Assembly (NCBI GenBank): GCA_024405635.1
Contig: JAKSOL010000009.1
Coordinates: 32,001-96,000 of the forward strand
Length of the DNA: 64,000 nt
Source: Salinivirgaceae bacterium
Lineage (GTDB): Bacteria > Bacteroidota > Bacteroidia > Bacteroidales > SZUA-534
Reading direction: 5' to 3'
Below are positions 48,621 to 60,269 of the stretch, piece by piece. The notes beneath the pieces were generated by a model. The model saw only the letters and a list, made by a program, of their open reading frames with translations, searched no databases and was not told the DNA's origin. Every line of letters starts with the position of its first letter. The first letter of the stretch is position 1. The translations under genes were made by a program, and so were the position numbers.

Positions 48621-51600
48621 TTATTCAAGATTAATGCTCAAACCTAAGCCACGCAATTCGTGTAGCAATACGTTAAGTGATTCAGGAATGCCAGGTGTTG
48701 GCATTGGTTCGCCCTTAACAATAGCCTCGTATGCTTTTGCACGTCCAACTACATCATCTGACTTAACTGTCAAAATCTCTTGCAAGACGTTTGATGCACC
48801 GAATGCCTCAAGAGCCCAAACCTCCATCTCACCAAAACGTTGACCACCAAATTGTGCTTTACCGCCCAAAGGTTGTTGTGTAATAAGTGAGTAAGGTCCA
48901 ATAGACCTTGCATGCATCTTATCATCAACCATGTGACCTAGTTTCAACATATAAATCACACCTACAGTAGCAGGTTGGTGGAATTTCTCGCCTGTACCTC
49001 CATCATACAAATATGTACGACCGAATTCTGGCACTCCAGCTTTGTTTGTCAATTCAGTAATCTCATCTAGAGTTGCACCATCGAAAATTGGAGTTGCAAA
49101 TTTAACACCCAACTCACGACCAGCCCAACCAAGCACGGTTTCGTAAATCTGACCTAGGTTCATACGAGAAGGCACACCCAATGGGTTCAATACGATATCA
49201 ACTGGGGTTCCATCCTCCAAGAATGGCATATCCTCATCACGTACTACGCGAGCAACAATACCCTTATTACCGTGACGACCCGCCATCTTATCACCTACTC
49301 TAATTTTACGTTTTTTAGCAATGTATACTTTTGCCATTTGGATAATTCCATTTGGAAGTTCATCGCCAACCGAGATGTTGTATTTTTTGCGGCTGTACTC
49401 TCCTTGAATCTCACGAACTTTTATTGTGAAATTATGGAGAAGTTCTGCTATCATTTCATTTTTATCCTTGTCTGTTGTCCACTTATTTGGATTAACATTC
49501 AAGTAATCAATCTCCTTTAAAGCTGTTTGGGTAAATTTGGTTCCTTTGCTAATAATATCAGCGCCCAAGTAATCCTTAACACCTTGAGAAACCTTACCAT
49601 TAATTAACGAGAACAATTTCTCAACCAACTTAGCCTTAAATTCATCAACCTCTTTTTGGCAATCCTCGTCTAGTTTCTGAGTAATAGCTTTCTCTGCTGT
49701 TTTCCCTTTTTTGTCTTTCACCAAACGAGAGAACAAACGCTTGTCAATAACAACTCCCGAAAGTGAGTTGGTTGCTTTTAAAGAAGCATCTTTCACGTCA
49801 CCAGCTTTATCACCAAAGATTGCACGAAGCAATTTTTCCTCTGGAGAAGGATCAGACTCACCTTTTGGTGTAATCTTACCTATAAGAATATCTCCAGGTT
49901 TTACGTGAGCACCTATTCTAATTAAACCATTTTCATCTAGGTTCTTAGTAGCATCCTCACTTACATTTGGAATATCTGGAGTCAATTCCTCCATGCCTCG
50001 TTTTGTGTCACGAACCTCAAGAATATGCTCATCAATATGCAATGATGTGAATAAATCTTCGCGAACTACACGCTCAGAAAGAACAATAGCATCCTCAAAG
50101 TTATAACCTTTCCAAGGCATAAATGCAACCTTCAAGTTTCTTCCCAAAGCTAGCTCTCCACCTTCTGTTGCATATCCTTCAGTTAAAACAGTGCCTTTTA
50201 CAACACGCTGACCTTTCATTACAATTGGACGTTGGTTGTTGCACATGCTTTGGTTAGTTTTTTGGAACTTGCATAGATTATAAGTAACGTCATCGCCCTC
50301 AAAACTTACAAAACGTTGTTCATCAGTACGATCATAACGCACAACAATCTTATCAGCATCTACATATTCTATAACACCATCACCTTCAGCACGAACCATA
50401 GTACGAGAGTCTTCTGCAACTTTCTTCTCAATACCAGTTCCAACAATAGGCGATTCTGGATGAAGCAAAGGAACTGCTTGGCGCATCATGTTAGAACCCA
50501 TCAACGCACGGTTAGCATCATCATGCTCCAAGAATGGAATCAATGAAGCAGCAATTGAAGTCATTTGGTTTGGCGCCACATCCATCAAGTTAATATCCTC
50601 AGGATTTGACTCTGGGAAATCTGCTTGCAAACGAGCTTTAACCTTTGAACCTGCAAATGCACCATCCTCATTTAAAGGAACATTAGCTGGTGCAATAATT
50701 TTGCCTTCTTCATCCTCTGCTGTAAAGTAAACAACATTGTTATTATCCATATCAACCTTGCCATTAACAACGCTACGATATGGAGTTTCAATAAAGCCCA
50801 AACGGTTAATCTTTGCAAACACACACAATGAAGAAATCAAACCAATGTTTGGTCCCTCAGGTGTCTCAATTGGGCAAAGACGACCATAATGAGTATAGTG
50901 AACGTCACGAACCTCAAAACCTGCACGATCACGAGACAAACCACCAGGACCCAATGCAGACAAACGACGTTTATGGGTCATTTCTGACAATGGGTTTGTT
51001 TGGTCCATAAATTGTGACAAGGCATTTGTTCCAAAGAACGAGTTGATAACGCTTGAAATTGTTTTAGCATTAATCAAATCGGCAGGGGTAAATACCTCAT
51101 TGTCACGAACATTCATACGTTCACGAATAGTACGAGCCATACGTGCCAAACCAACACTAAATTGGTTTTGCAACTGTTCACCAACAGTGCGAACACGACG
51201 GTTACTCAAGTGGTCAATATCATCAACATCTGTCTTGCTATTAATAAGCTCAATTAGATATTCAATGATTTTGATAATATCTTCTTTTGTAAGAACTCTC
51301 TCTTCACTAGAGTTCAAATTCAATTTACGATTAATGCGGAAACGTCCTACTTCACCCAAATCATAACGTTTGTCAGAGAAGAACAACTTATCAAACGTAT
51401 CTCTAGCAGTAGTCTCATCAGGAGCGTCAGCATTACGCAATTGTTTATAAATATAAAGAACCGCCTCTTTTTCTGAGTTACAAGGGTCCTTTTGCAATGT
51501 ATTATAAATGATGTTGTATTCCGAGTTAGCATCTTCTTTATGCAACAAGATGTTTTTAGCTCCAGATTCTACAATAGCATCAATATCTTCGTTTTTAAGT

Positions 51601-52427
51601 TCGGTGTTTCGGTCAACCACAACTTCATTACGTTCAACAGAAACAACCTCACCGGTATCCTCATCAACAAAGTCTTCGGTCCAAGTTTTAAGAACACGAG
51701 CAGCCAAAGTACGGCCAACAACTTTTTTCAAACCGGTTTTAGAAACCTTCACCTCATCTGCAAGTTTGAAGATTTCAAGGATATCCCTATCAGTTTGATA
51801 TCCAATGGCTCTCAACAAAGTGGTAACAGGCAATTTCTTTTTACGGTCAATGTATGCATACATAACGTTATTAATGTCAGTAGCAAATTCAATCCATGAA
51901 CCTTTGAAAGGAATAATTCTTGCCGAATACAATTTTGTTCCATTAGCATGCATTGATTGTCCAAAGAATACACCAGGAGAACGATGCAATTGAGAAACAA
52001 TAACACGCTCAGCACCATTAATAACAAATGTACCTTTAGGTGTCATGTAAGGAACAGTACCCAAATACACATCTTGAACTACAGTAGCAAAATCCTCATG
52101 ATCAGGATCTGTACAATATAGTTTAAGTTTGGCCTTTAGTGGAATACTATAAGTCAAACCACGCTCAATGCACTCTTCAATAGTATATCGAGGAGTATCA
52201 ATTGAATAATCTAAAAACTCCAATACATACAAGTTACGGGCATCAGTTATTGGAAAATTTTCCTCAAAAACCTTATAAAGGCCCTCTTGCTTTCTTTGCT
52301 CTGGAGTGGTATTTGTATTGAAAAAATTATTGAATGAAGCTAACTGAATTTCCAGAAAATCCGGATACTCAAGCTGTTTTTTATTTGAAGCAAAGCTTAT
52401 TCTTTCTTTGTAACCAGTTGAAGCCAT
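48621..52427 (-). CDS. rpoB: RNA polymerase beta subunit
   Basis: [22 protein letters not shown] and GQRFGEME motifs. Confidence 0.99.
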   Translation of the reverse strand: MASTGYKERISFASNKKQLEYPDFLEIQLASFNNFFNTNTTPEQRKQEGLYKVFEENFPITDARNLYVLEFLDYSIDTPRYTIEECIERGLTYSIPLKAKLKLYCTDPDHEDFATVVQDVYLGTVPYMTPKGTFVINGAERVIVSQLHRSPGVFFGQSMHANGTKLYSARIIPFKGSWIEFATDINNVMYAYIDRKKKLPVTTLLRAIGYQTDRDILEIFKLADEVKVSKTGLKKVVGRTLAARVLKTWTEDFVDEDTGEVVSVERNEVVVDRNTELKNEDIDAIVESGAKNILLHKEDANSEYNIIYNTLQKDPCNSEKEAVLYIYKQLRNADAPDETTARDTFDKLFFSDKRYDLGEVGRFRINRKLNLNSSEERVLTKEDIIKIIEYLIELINSKTDVDDIDHLSNRRVRTVGEQLQNQFSVGLARMARTIRERMNVRDNEVFTPADLINAKTISSVINSFFGTNALSQFMDQTNPLSEMTHKRRLSALGPGGLSRDRAGFEVRDVHYTHYGRLCPIETPEGPNIGLISSLCVFAKINRLGFIETPYRSVVNGKVDMDNNNVVYFTAEDEEGKIIAPANVPLNEDGAFAGSKVKARLQADFPESNPEDINLMDVAPNQMTSIAASLIPFLEHDDANRALMGSNMMRQAVPLLHPESPIVGTGIEKKVAEDSRTMVRAEGDGVIEYVDADKIVVRYDRTDEQRFVSFEGDDVTYNLCKFQKTNQSMCNNQRPIVMKGQRVVKGTVLTEGYATEGGELALGRNLKVAFMPWKGYNFEDAIVLSERVVREDLFTSLHIDEHILEVRDTKRGMEELTPDIPNVSEDATKNLDENGLIRIGAHVKPGDILIGKITPKGESDPSPEEKLLRAIFGDKAGDVKDASLKATNSLSGVVIDKRLFSRLVKDKKGKTAEKAITQKLDEDCQKEVDEFKAKLVEKLFSLINGKVSQGVKDYLGADIISKGTKFTQTALKEIDYLNVNPNKWTTDKDKNEMIAELLHNFTIKVREIQGEYSRKKYNISVGDELPNGIIQMAKVYIAKKRKIRVGDKMAGRHGNKGIVARVVRDEDMPFLEDGTPVDIVLNPLGVPSRMNLGQIYETVLGWAGRELGVKFATPIFDGATLDEITELTNKAGVPEFGRTYLYDGGTGEKFHQPATVGVIYMLKLGHMVDDKMHARSIGPYSLITQQPLGGKAQFGGQRFGEMEVWALEAFGASNVLQEILTVKSDDVVGRAKAYEAIVKGEPMPTPGIPESLNVLLHELRGLGLSINLE

Positions 52428-52465
52428 AATTCTTTAAAATAAAGAGAACTTAAAAATAAAACGAC

Positions 52466-52500
52466 AAAAAGGCTTAGTGTTATTACTAACACTAAACCTT
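52466..52500 (-). terminator. Terminator/attenuator between rplL and rpoB
   Basis: Minus strand reads AAGGTTTAGTGTTA-gtaa-TAACACTAAGCC-TTTTT. Confidence 0.75.
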
Positions 52501-52521
52501 ATACTTTATCCTAAATGAGTC

Positions 52522-52899
52522 TTATTTAAGCTCAACTGCAGCTCCAGCTTCTTCCAATTGTGCTTTTAGAGATTCAGCTTCTTCTTTAGAAACACCTGTT
52601 TTCAACTCTTTTGGTGCACCATCAACAAGCTCTTTAGCCTCTTTTAGACCAAGACCAGTAAGTTCTTTTACCAATTTAACTACTTGAAGTTTTTGAGCAC
52701 CAGCATCTTTAAGGATTACATCAAACTCGCTTTTCTCAGCAGCTGCACCTTCACCAGCACCAGCAGCAGGAGCTGCAACAGCTACAGCAGCAGCAGCAGG
52801 TTCAATACCGTATTCATCTTTAAGAATTGCAGCCAACTCATTTACCTCTTTAACAGTCAAGTTAACCAACTCTTCTGCAAACTTTTTCAAATCTGCCAT
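52522..52899 (-). CDS. rplL: 50S ribosomal protein L7/L12
   Basis: Ala-rich hinge, EFDVIL and [14 protein letters not shown]. Confidence 0.98.
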   Translation of the reverse strand: MADLKKFAEELVNLTVKEVNELAAILKDEYGIEPAAAAVAVAAPAAGAGEGAAAEKSEFDVILKDAGAQKLQVVKLVKELTGLGLKEAKELVDGAPKELKTGVSKEEAESLKAQLEEAGAAVELK

Positions 52900-52936
52900 T
52901 TTAAATCTATTTTAATAATTTGTTTACAATAAAATA

Positions 52937-53452
52937 CTACTTCTCTGATAATGTTTTCAAAACGCCTGTCAATGTTTGACCACCCGATTGAAGAGCAGAA
53001 ATAACATTCTTGGCAGGTGATTGGAGCAAGGCCACAACATCTGCGATAAGATCTTTCTTAGACTTAACATTAGCCAAAGCATCGATTTGGTTATCGCCAA
53101 TATAGAAGGACTCTTCAACATAAGCAGCTTTCAAAATTGGTCTATCACAACCTTTTCTAAACTCCTTAATCAATTTACCTGGAACATTAGCTGTCTCGGT
53201 AAACATAATTGAAGTATTGCCTTTCAATGAGCCAAATAGTTCTGAGTAATCAGTACCTGATAACTCCATTGCTTTTTTAAGCAAGGTATTCTTTACTACA
53301 ACTAATTCAACGTTTTGATTAAAGCAAGTTCTTCTCAACTTCGATGTTTGCTCTGCATTCAAATTTGAAATGTCAGTCAAATAGAAGTGATTAGCGGCTT
53401 TCAAACGTTCAACTAGGCTGTCAATAATAGCAGTTTTATCTTCGCGCTTCAT
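52937..53452 (-). CDS. rplJ: 50S ribosomal protein L10
   Basis: LRR.C....V...VVKNTL motif and operon position. Confidence 0.97.
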   Translation of the reverse strand: MKREDKTAIIDSLVERLKAANHFYLTDISNLNAEQTSKLRRTCFNQNVELVVVKNTLLKKAMELSGTDYSELFGSLKGNTSIMFTETANVPGKLIKEFRKGCDRPILKAAYVEESFYIGDNQIDALANVKSKKDLIADVVALLQSPAKNVISALQSGGQTLTGVLKTLSEK

Positions 53453-53464
53453 AATTCTTCGTTT

Positions 53465-54157
53465 TTACGCAATTGTTTTAACATCAACTGGTATACCAGG
53501 ACTCATAGTGCTAGATAAGCTGATACTCTTAACATAAGTACCTTTAGCTGACGAAGGTTTTAGCTTCAAAACAGTATTAATCATTTCTTGAGCATTCTCT
53601 GAAATCTTTTCAGCATCAAACGATACTTTACCAATTCCTGCATGAATAATACCGTATTTATCAACTTTAAAGTCAATCTTACCTTGTTTAACCTCTTTTA
53701 CTGCTGTACCAATTTCCATGGTAACTGTACCACTCTTTGGATTAGGCATCAAACCACGAGGTCCTAAAACACGACCTAGAGCACCAACTTTAGCCATTAT
53801 CGAAGGCATTGTAATGATAACATCAATATCAGTCCATCCTCCTTTAATTTTTTCAATGTACTCGTCTAGGCCAACATAGTCTGCACCAGCCTCTTTAGCT
53901 TCAGCTTCTTTGTCTGGTGTACATAGAACTAGAACTCTAGTTTGCTTACCCGTACCGTTAGGTAAAGAAACAACACCACGAACCATTTGATTTGCTTTAC
54001 GTGGATCAACACCCAAACGAATGTCAATATCTACAGAAGCATCAAATTTAGTTGTTGTTACCTCTTTTACCAAATGGGCAGCTTCAGACAATGTATAAAG
54101 CTTTGAAGGCTCAATCATGCCTGCTACTTTCTTTTGATTTTTAGTTAGCTTTGCCAT
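53465..54157 (-). CDS. rplA: 50S ribosomal protein L1
   Basis: [13 protein letters not shown] and [11 protein letters not shown] motifs. ATG at 54157. Confidence 0.98.
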   Translation of the reverse strand: MAKLTKNQKKVAGMIEPSKLYTLSEAAHLVKEVTTTKFDASVDIDIRLGVDPRKANQMVRGVVSLPNGTGKQTRVLVLCTPDKEAEAKEAGADYVGLDEYIEKIKGGWTDIDVIITMPSIMAKVGALGRVLGPRGLMPNPKSGTVTMEIGTAVKEVKQGKIDFKVDKYGIIHAGIGKVSFDAEKISENAQEMINTVLKLKPSSAKGTYVKSISLSSTMSPGIPVDVKTIA

Positions 54158-54176
54158 TTTCAATACGAGGTATTAA

Positions 54177-54620
54177 TTAGTTATTACTTGGGAACTCACC
54201 AGTAACTGTTACTCCCATACTGCGTGCTGTACCTGCTACAAGACGCATAGCTGATTCCAATGTAAATGCATTCAAATCAGGCATTTTATCTTGTGCAATC
54301 TCTTTAACTTGATCCCAAGTAAGAGATGCAACTTTTTTACGATTAGGTTCTGCTGAACCGCTTTTAATTTTAGCGGCCTCAAGAATCTGTACAGCAACAG
54401 GAGGACGTTTAACTACAAAGTCAAACGACTTATCGGAATAAACAGTAATCACTACAGGTAGCACTTTGCCAGCACTATCTTGAGTTCTTGCATTAAATTG
54501 TTTGCAAAAATCCATGATGTTCACACCCTTAGAACCTAAGGCTGGTCCAACCGGAGGGGAAGGGTTGGCAGCTCCTCCCTTAATTTGCAACTTAATCAGT
54601 CCTGCAACTTCTTTTGCCAT
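54177..54620 (-). CDS. rplK: 50S ribosomal protein L11
   Basis: [12 protein letters not shown] and GTARSMG motifs. Confidence 0.98.
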   Translation of the reverse strand: MAKEVAGLIKLQIKGGAANPSPPVGPALGSKGVNIMDFCKQFNARTQDSAGKVLPVVITVYSDKSFDFVVKRPPVAVQILEAAKIKSGSAEPNRKKVASLTWDQVKEIAQDKMPDLNAFTLESAMRLVAGTARSMGVTVTGEFPSNN

Positions 54621-54630
54621 GATTTTTGTT

Positions 54631-55206
54631 TTATTCTTTAATTACCTGCATAAAACTCAACTCAACTGGAGTTTTTCTGCCAAAAATTTTGACACTAACC
54701 TTAAGTTTTTTCTTGTCAAGATTCACCTCTTCAATCACTCCACTGAAGTTATTGAAAGGCCCATCTACAACTTTAACAGCTTCACCAACTGCAAATGTAT
54801 CAAGGAGTTCTTCGTCTTGATTTGACTTTTCATCCTCAATGCCTAGCAATTTGTCAACCTCTGACTTACGGATTGGTGTCGGAATGCCATTATTGGCTGT
54901 ACTAAGAAAGCCAATAACTTCTGGTACATTACTTAAAGTATACTGAACTTCATTAATGAGCTCTGCCTCAACTAGTACGTAACCAGGAAAAGCGCACCTT
55001 TCCTTACTAATCTTCTTTTTATTTCGAACTTGATAAACTTTCTCTGTTGGAACCAAGACTTGGGAAACATATTCCGACAAAGGACGTCCACCAATTTTCA
55101 AAATTTGAGACTCTTTAATGATGTGTTCTTTTACTTTATTTTCCTTGCCACTAATAGCACGGAGAACATACCACTTTTTCTCTACAATTTTCTCTTCCGC
55201 TGCCAT
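54631..55206 (-). CDS. nusG: Transcription termination/antitermination factor NusG
   Basis: KWYV...SG.E, FPGYVLV and the KOW motif DGPF..F.G...IFGR.TPVEL. Confidence 0.97.
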   Translation of the reverse strand: MAAEEKIVEKKWYVLRAISGKENKVKEHIIKESQILKIGGRPLSEYVSQVLVPTEKVYQVRNKKKISKERCAFPGYVLVEAELINEVQYTLSNVPEVIGFLSTANNGIPTPIRKSEVDKLLGIEDEKSNQDEELLDTFAVGEAVKVVDGPFNNFSGVIEEVNLDKKKLKVSVKIFGRKTPVELSFMQVIKE

Positions 55207-55217
55207 AACAATAGAAT

Positions 55218-55412
55218 TTACTTAAATAAACCGTAAACAAATTCCATTATTTGTGCAAACGAAAAATCCATTATGTAAATAATGAGGGCTATAATAAAGG
55301 AAGCAACCATTACAACAATTGCACTATTTTGAAGTTCAGACCACGATGGCCAAGTTACCTTATGAAATAACTCATTAGAAACTTCACGAAAATATCCTAT
55401 AATCTTTTGCAT
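55218..55412 (-). CDS. secE: Preprotein translocase subunit SecE
   Basis: EL..KVTWPS motif, a single TM helix and position between tRNA-Trp and nusG. Confidence 0.95.
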   Translation of the reverse strand: MQKIIGYFREVSNELFHKVTWPSWSELQNSAIVVMVASFIIALIIYIMDFSFAQIMEFVYGLFK

Positions 55413-55428
55413 CGTCTTATAGATTTTG

Positions 55429-55501
55429 CACGGGAGGAGCGACTCGAACGCCCGACACCTAGTTTTGGAGACTAGTGCTCTACCAACTGAACTACTCCCG
55501 T
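55429..55501 (-). tRNA. tRNA-Trp(CCA)
   Basis: Cloverleaf ACGGGAG...CTCCCGT-G with anticodon loop CT-CCA-AA. Confidence 0.96.
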
Positions 55502-55554
55502 AAATAAAGGATTCTAAACCAAGTTAGAATCCTTTAGGGTTATCTGATTAATTA

Positions 55555-56742
55555 TTAATCAAGGATTTCGGTGATTTGACCAGCACCTACGGTACGACCA
55601 CCCTCGCGGATAGCGAAACGAAGACCTACACTGCAAGCTACTGGAGTAATCAACTCAACAGTAATTGTCAAGTTATCACCTGGCATTACCATCTCAGTTC
55701 CTTCTGGCAATTTAATCTCACCAGTAACATCCAAAGTACGGATGTAGAATTGAGGACGATATTTATCGTGGAATGGAGTATGACGACCACCCTCTTCTTT
55801 TTTCAAGATATAAACCTCAGCTTTAAATTTCTTGTGAGGAGTTACAGTACCTGGTTTGCAGATAACCATACCTCTCTTGATTTGGTTTTTGTCGATACCA
55901 CGAAGAAGAAGACCTACGTTATCACCAGCTTCACCTTGATCCAACAATTTGCGGAACATCTCAACACCAGTTACAGTAGAGGTCAATTTATCCTCTTCCA
56001 AACCGATAATCTCTACAGCATCGTTTACGTGGATAACACCTGTCTCAATACGACCAGTTGCTACAGTACCACGACCTGTAATTGAGAAAATATCCTCAAC
56101 AGGCATCAAGAAATCTTTATCAACCTCACGTGGAGGAAGTGGGATATATGTATCAACAGCATCCATCAACTCCATAATTTTCTCAACCCATTTTGGTTCA
56201 GCATTCAAACCACCAAGTGCAGAACCTTTGATGATTGGAGTTGAATCACCATCATATCCATAGAATGAAAGCAACTCACGAACTTCCATCTCAACAAGTT
56301 CAAGAAGCTCTGGGTCGTCAACCATATCAACTTTATTCAAGAAAACAACGATTTTTGGAACGTTTACTTGACGTGCCAAAAGAATGTGCTCGCGAGTTTG
56401 AGGCATTGGACCATCAGTAGCAGCCACAACCAAGATAGCACCATCCATTTGAGCAGCACCAGTAACCATGTTTTTTACATAGTCAGCGTGTCCAGGGCAG
56501 TCAACGTGTGCATAGTGGCGTGATTCTGTTTGATACTCAACGTGAGCAGTATTAATGGTAATACCACGCTCTTTCTCCTCTGGAGCATTATCAATAGAGT
56601 CGAATGAACGCAACTCTGAAAGACCCTTTTCTGCCAATACTTTAGTAATAGCAGCGGTCAAAGTAGTTTTACCATGGTCAACGTGACCAATAGTACCAAT
56701 ATTAACATGAGGTTTGGTCCTCTGAAATTGTTCTTTAGCCAT
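55555..56742 (-). CDS. tuf: Elongation factor Tu
   Basis: [16 protein letters not shown] and NKVD motifs. Confidence 0.99.
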   Translation of the reverse strand: MAKEQFQRTKPHVNIGTIGHVDHGKTTLTAAITKVLAEKGLSELRSFDSIDNAPEEKERGITINTAHVEYQTESRHYAHVDCPGHADYVKNMVTGAAQMDGAILVVAATDGPMPQTREHILLARQVNVPKIVVFLNKVDMVDDPELLELVEMEVRELLSFYGYDGDSTPIIKGSALGGLNAEPKWVEKIMELMDAVDTYIPLPPREVDKDFLMPVEDIFSITGRGTVATGRIETGVIHVNDAVEIIGLEEDKLTSTVTGVEMFRKLLDQGEAGDNVGLLLRGIDKNQIKRGMVICKPGTVTPHKKFKAEVYILKKEEGGRHTPFHDKYRPQFYIRTLDVTGEIKLPEGTEMVMPGDNLTITVELITPVACSVGLRFAIREGGRTVGAGQITEILD

Positions 56743-56783
56743 AAATACCTATTATTTACAAATTTGACAATTGATCCAAGTCT

Positions 56784-56858
<75 letters not shown>

Positions 56859-56868
56859 TGATTTCTTG

Positions 56869-56941
56869 AGCGGGAAACGGGGCTCAAACCCGCGACCCTT
56901 AGCTTGGAAGGCTAATGCTCTATCAACTGAGCTACTCCCGC
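56869..56941 (-). tRNA. tRNA-Gly(TCC)
   Basis: GCGGGAG...TTCCCGC-T with anticodon loop CT-TCC-AA. Carries an A19/U56 variant. Confidence 0.93.
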
Positions 56942-56951
56942 AATACAGTTG

Positions 56952-57034
56952 TGGGGAGAGCAGGATTCGAACCTACGAAGCTGTAAAGCAGCAGATTTAC
57001 AGTCTGCCCCAGTTGGCCACTTTGGTATCTCCCC
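56952..57034 (-). tRNA. tRNA-Tyr(GTA)
   Basis: GGGGAGA...TCTCCCC-A with a long variable arm and anticodon loop CT-GTA-AA. Confidence 0.96.
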
Positions 57035-57058
57035 AAAAAAGTTTCAACATTATAAATG

Positions 57059-57132
57059 AGCCGATAGAGGGATTCGAACCCACGACCCGCTGATTACAAA
57101 TCAGCTGCTCTGGCCAACTGAGCTATATCGGC
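57059..57132 (-). tRNA. tRNA-Thr(TGT)
   Basis: GCCGATA...TATCGGC-T with anticodon loop TT-TGT-AA. Confidence 0.96.
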
Positions 57133-57175
57133 AACATTATTTAGAACCTGTGTTTTCGTCCCCGAAAACGGTTGG

Positions 57176-57183
57176 CAAATGTA
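57176..57183 (-). promoter_or_regulatory. Bacteroidota -7 promoter box for the tRNA-tuf operon
   Basis: TACATTTG matches TAnnTTTG, about 45 nt upstream of tRNA-Thr. Confidence 0.7.
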
Positions 57184-57230
57184 GAAACTTTCTGTAATAA
57201 AAAAACGTTTGACCTATTTTTTTTCAAAAA

Positions 57231-57530
57231 TTATAGTCCTTTTTGTTTCTCCTTAGCTTTTTTAAGCTGTCCTTTTAATGCGTCAACTGTCAGATCTACA
57301 GCTTCTTCGAAGGTCTTTGCGCGGTTGCTAGCAAAGGCATCATTACCTGGTATTGAAACCTTAATTTCTGCTACTTTATTCTCCGTTTTATCCGATTTTT
57401 CCAATTTTAAGGTCACGTCTGCAGCAACTATTCCATCATAAAACGTCTCCAACTTGCCAACTTTAACATTAATAAAGTCCAAAAGTTTAGAATCTGCATT
57501 AAAGTGCAATGAATGTACATTGATTTCCAT
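57231..57530 (-). CDS. hpf: Ribosome hibernation factor (RaiA/HPF)
   Basis: HF.AD.KL..F...K..KL and FEEAVD motifs, and conserved synteny. Confidence 0.9.
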   Translation of the reverse strand: MEINVHSLHFNADSKLLDFINVKVGKLETFYDGIVAADVTLKLEKSDKTENKVAEIKVSIPGNDAFASNRAKTFEEAVDLTVDALKGQLKKAKEKQKGL

Positions 57531-57548
57531 AATTAAACTCCTTTCTTT

Positions 57549-58430
57549 TTACGCTCTAGGATGAGCTTGGTTATACACTTGTTTTAATCGTTCAAAAGTC
57601 GTATGCGTATAAACTTGCGTTGCCGACAAAGTTGCATGACCTAATAATTCTTTTATTGAACTAAGATCTGCTCCATTGTTCAACATATGTGTAGCAAACG
57701 TATGCCGTAACACATGTGGACTTTTTTTATCTAACGTTGTAACCTCTCCTAAATATTTATTTACCAACCGATAAACCATTTTTACATAAATAGGTTCACC
57801 TTTATCTGTTATAAACAAAACGTTTTCAGACGAAGTAACATTGTTACGAGCTACAAGATAGTTTTTTATTGCATACTTTAACTCGTCAACAAAAGGAATT
57901 ATTCGTTCTTTTTTTCTTTTTCCTAAAACTTTTAGTTGATTGTATGAAAAATCAACATCTGACACTTTTAAATTTACTAATTCACTAACACGCATGCCTG
58001 TGCAATAGAAAGTTAAAAGTATGGTTTTATCACGAACACCCGAAAAATCTTCTGAGAATTCAAGTTCGTCAAACAGTGCTTGCATAGCTTTACTATCGAC
58101 GAAATAAGGGAGCACCTTCTCTGTTTTAGGCAACACGACACCGTCAACTGGCGACTTAGTCAATTGTCCGTTACGCATTAAAAAGCGATAGAAAGTTTTA
58201 AGGGTTGTTATTTTTCTCTTTACTGACCTTGGATTTTGGCCTTGCTCCATTAAAAAAACAATCCACTTGCGGACGTCTTCTCGACTAACCACAAGTGGAT
58301 TAAATTCTTTTTTTGATGCGTCTTGCTCAAAACTAATGAACTGGCGCAAATCTGTCTCGTACGATCTTACAGTATGCTCTGAATAACGTTTTTCGTTAGC
58401 AAGATAATCGATAAAATTATCTTCAAACAT
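57549..58430 (-). CDS. xerC: Tyrosine recombinase XerC
   Basis: R-K-H-R-H-Y catalytic set: G.RVSEL, VLGK..K.R, PHVLRHTFATH, LLGH, TQVY. Confidence 0.9.
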   Translation of the reverse strand: MFEDNFIDYLANEKRYSEHTVRSYETDLRQFISFEQDASKKEFNPLVVSREDVRKWIVFLMEQGQNPRSVKRKITTLKTFYRFLMRNGQLTKSPVDGVVLPKTEKVLPYFVDSKAMQALFDELEFSEDFSGVRDKTILLTFYCTGMRVSELVNLKVSDVDFSYNQLKVLGKRKKERIIPFVDELKYAIKNYLVARNNVTSSENVLFITDKGEPIYVKMVYRLVNKYLGEVTTLDKKSPHVLRHTFATHMLNNGADLSSIKELLGHATLSATQVYTHTTFERLKQVYNQAHPRA

Positions 58431-58466
58431 ATTGCAAGGCCCTCTTGGGCGTACAAAAGCCAAATA

Positions 58467-58664
58467 CTATTGTTCTTGGCTTTGATCGCGCAATTGTTGA
58501 ACGTATGCAGCTTTTATTAGCTTTTTGCGTTTTTCAACTGAAGGTTTAGTGAAAACTTGACGAGCGCGCAACTCTTTCACAACACCTGTTTTTTCAAATT
58601 TTCTTTTGAATTTTTTTAAGGCTCTATCAATATTCTCGCCTTCTTTTACTGGAACAATAATCAT
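58467..58664 (-). CDS. rpsU: 30S ribosomal protein S21
   Basis: VKEGENIDRALKKFKRK...R.RQ.F.KPS. TAAATTTG promoter box at 58703-58710. Confidence 0.97.
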   Translation of the reverse strand: MIIVPVKEGENIDRALKKFKRKFEKTGVVKELRARQVFTKPSVEKRKKLIKAAYVQQLRDQSQEQ

Positions 58665-58798
58665 AATAAAAATAAAAATTAAATGCGTCTTAAATAGGGT
58701 CGCAAATTTAGAATTTGGTAGTTAATTCACAAAAACTAAACCCAAATATTTTTAGGGTTTAAAATTATATTTCAATTCGCTCTTAATCAATCAGTTAT

Positions 58799-60268
58799 TT
58801 AACCACCACCTTTCTCAATTCTTTTATTTGAACTATTATAATATATGTCCACTGCCACTATCAAGGCTGTGTATCCCCAAAAGGGAACCGAGGCCTTGTC
58901 CGTATCTAGGAAATCATTCAACACTCCATGAAAATAGTATGTAAATAATCCTATCAATACAGCGAGTGCAATATTAGTAAGTTTATTTATTTCCACATCT
59001 TCTTTTTTTCGTCGATATATTTTTACTGCAGTTATAACTGTAGTTATAATTATTGCCATTAATGTTAATGGGCCCAAGATGCCCGATTCGCACAAGGGGC
59101 CTAGATATTCGCTATGAGCGTTACCCATGTCGCCTTCGTTTGTGCTAATTATTGTTTTTTCGTAAGATATTTGATATGGTGCATAATAGAACATATATGT
59201 TCCTGGCCCCCAACCAAATATAGGTTTCTCTGAAAACATTCGCAATGCACATTTCCAGCGATTGATTCGCTCAACGTTTGACGCATCAGTTGACACGTTA
59301 CTTATTGATTTAACATGTTCAACAATATTGGTTGTTGATGAATCTTGATTGTTGGATTGAAGTATGCGAGTTATGTTTTCTCCAAAAGAAAAGGCAATAA
59401 TTGCGGCAATAACAAGTACTGATGCAATAAAAGAAAACTTGATGCGAAGTTTTATGCAACACCACACACCAAAGGCGCCAATTAAACTCAGCCAAGCAGC
59501 TCGTGAATATGAAAAAATTAAGCCTACACTAATAACTACCAAAACTAATAAGTACACGAGCCTAATGCCTCGACTATTTCTTTTTTCAAACAATAGAGCA
59601 GCTATTGGCGGTATATTCATTGCCAATAACGCTCCGTATGATGTATGGTCTTTATAAAATGGATTTGATGCCCAATGCGCAATTTTCTGATCAAATATTC
59701 CATATGTAACATGTCTTGTTAAAGCATATAAAACTACTACACATAGAGATATTGCATAAAACAACACGTATCGTCTTACATTGTTTGGATTTCGAAACAC
59801 TTGTGTCATCAAGAAGTATAATGGTAGGATAAACCACAAATGGGAAATAAAGAACTTAAACGACACCAATGGTTCAACACTTGTGATACTTGTTACCAAT
59901 ATCCACGCCATATATATATATATGGTTATTGACACAGGATGTGTAAGTACCCTTTTATCAAATTGTTTTTCGTATAGCAGTTTAAAAAGAAATATTATTG
60001 CAATGCCTGCTAACAAAGGTTCTGTTGGTAAGGATAGATCAACAGATAATCCTTTTGATATTTCACTTAATGGAATTGATAGCGGAGTAAGAAACGATAT
60101 ACATAGCATCAATTTATCAAGCGACAAAAAGGCCATTGCAGCAAGTAATAATGCAATTGGCAGTAAGCTTAGCAAGAAAAAGTCATTATATATGCACACT
60201 GCATTAAGCGCCACAAATAGTAGCGCAATAGCATATACTCCCCACTTATTTATATGGTTGAGTTGCAA
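58799..60268 (-). CDS. O-antigen ligase/Wzy_C family membrane protein
   Basis: SYSRAAW, ER..RW, P.FG.GPG and AHSEYL..L.E.G motifs. Confidence 0.85.
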   Translation of the reverse strand: MQLNHINKWGVYAIALLFVALNAVCIYNDFFLLSLLPIALLLAAMAFLSLDKLMLCISFLTPLSIPLSEISKGLSVDLSLPTEPLLAGIAIIFLFKLLYEKQFDKRVLTHPVSITIYIYMAWILVTSITSVEPLVSFKFFISHLWFILPLYFLMTQVFRNPNNVRRYVLFYAISLCVVVLYALTRHVTYGIFDQKIAHWASNPFYKDHTSYGALLAMNIPPIAALLFEKRNSRGIRLVYLLVLVVISVGLIFSYSRAAWLSLIGAFGVWCCIKLRIKFSFIASVLVIAAIIAFSFGENITRILQSNNQDSSTTNIVEHVKSISNVSTDASNVERINRWKCALRMFSEKPIFGWGPGTYMFYYAPYQISYEKTIISTNEGDMGNAHSEYLGPLCESGILGPLTLMAIIITTVITAVKIYRRKKEDVEINKLTNIALAVLIGLFTYYFHGVLNDFLDTDKASVPFWGYTALIVAVDIYYNSSNKRIEKGGG

Positions 60269-60269
60269 C

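Noticed and set aside
56866-57093. 75-aa plus-strand ORF over the tRNA cluster
   Set aside because: Antisense to real tRNA genes, a common spurious call.
57549-58430. Tyrosine recombinase close to a tRNA cluster, suggesting an integrated element
   Set aside because: rpsU-xerC-hpf-tRNAs-tuf is standard Bacteroidota core synteny. There is no att duplication or cargo gene.
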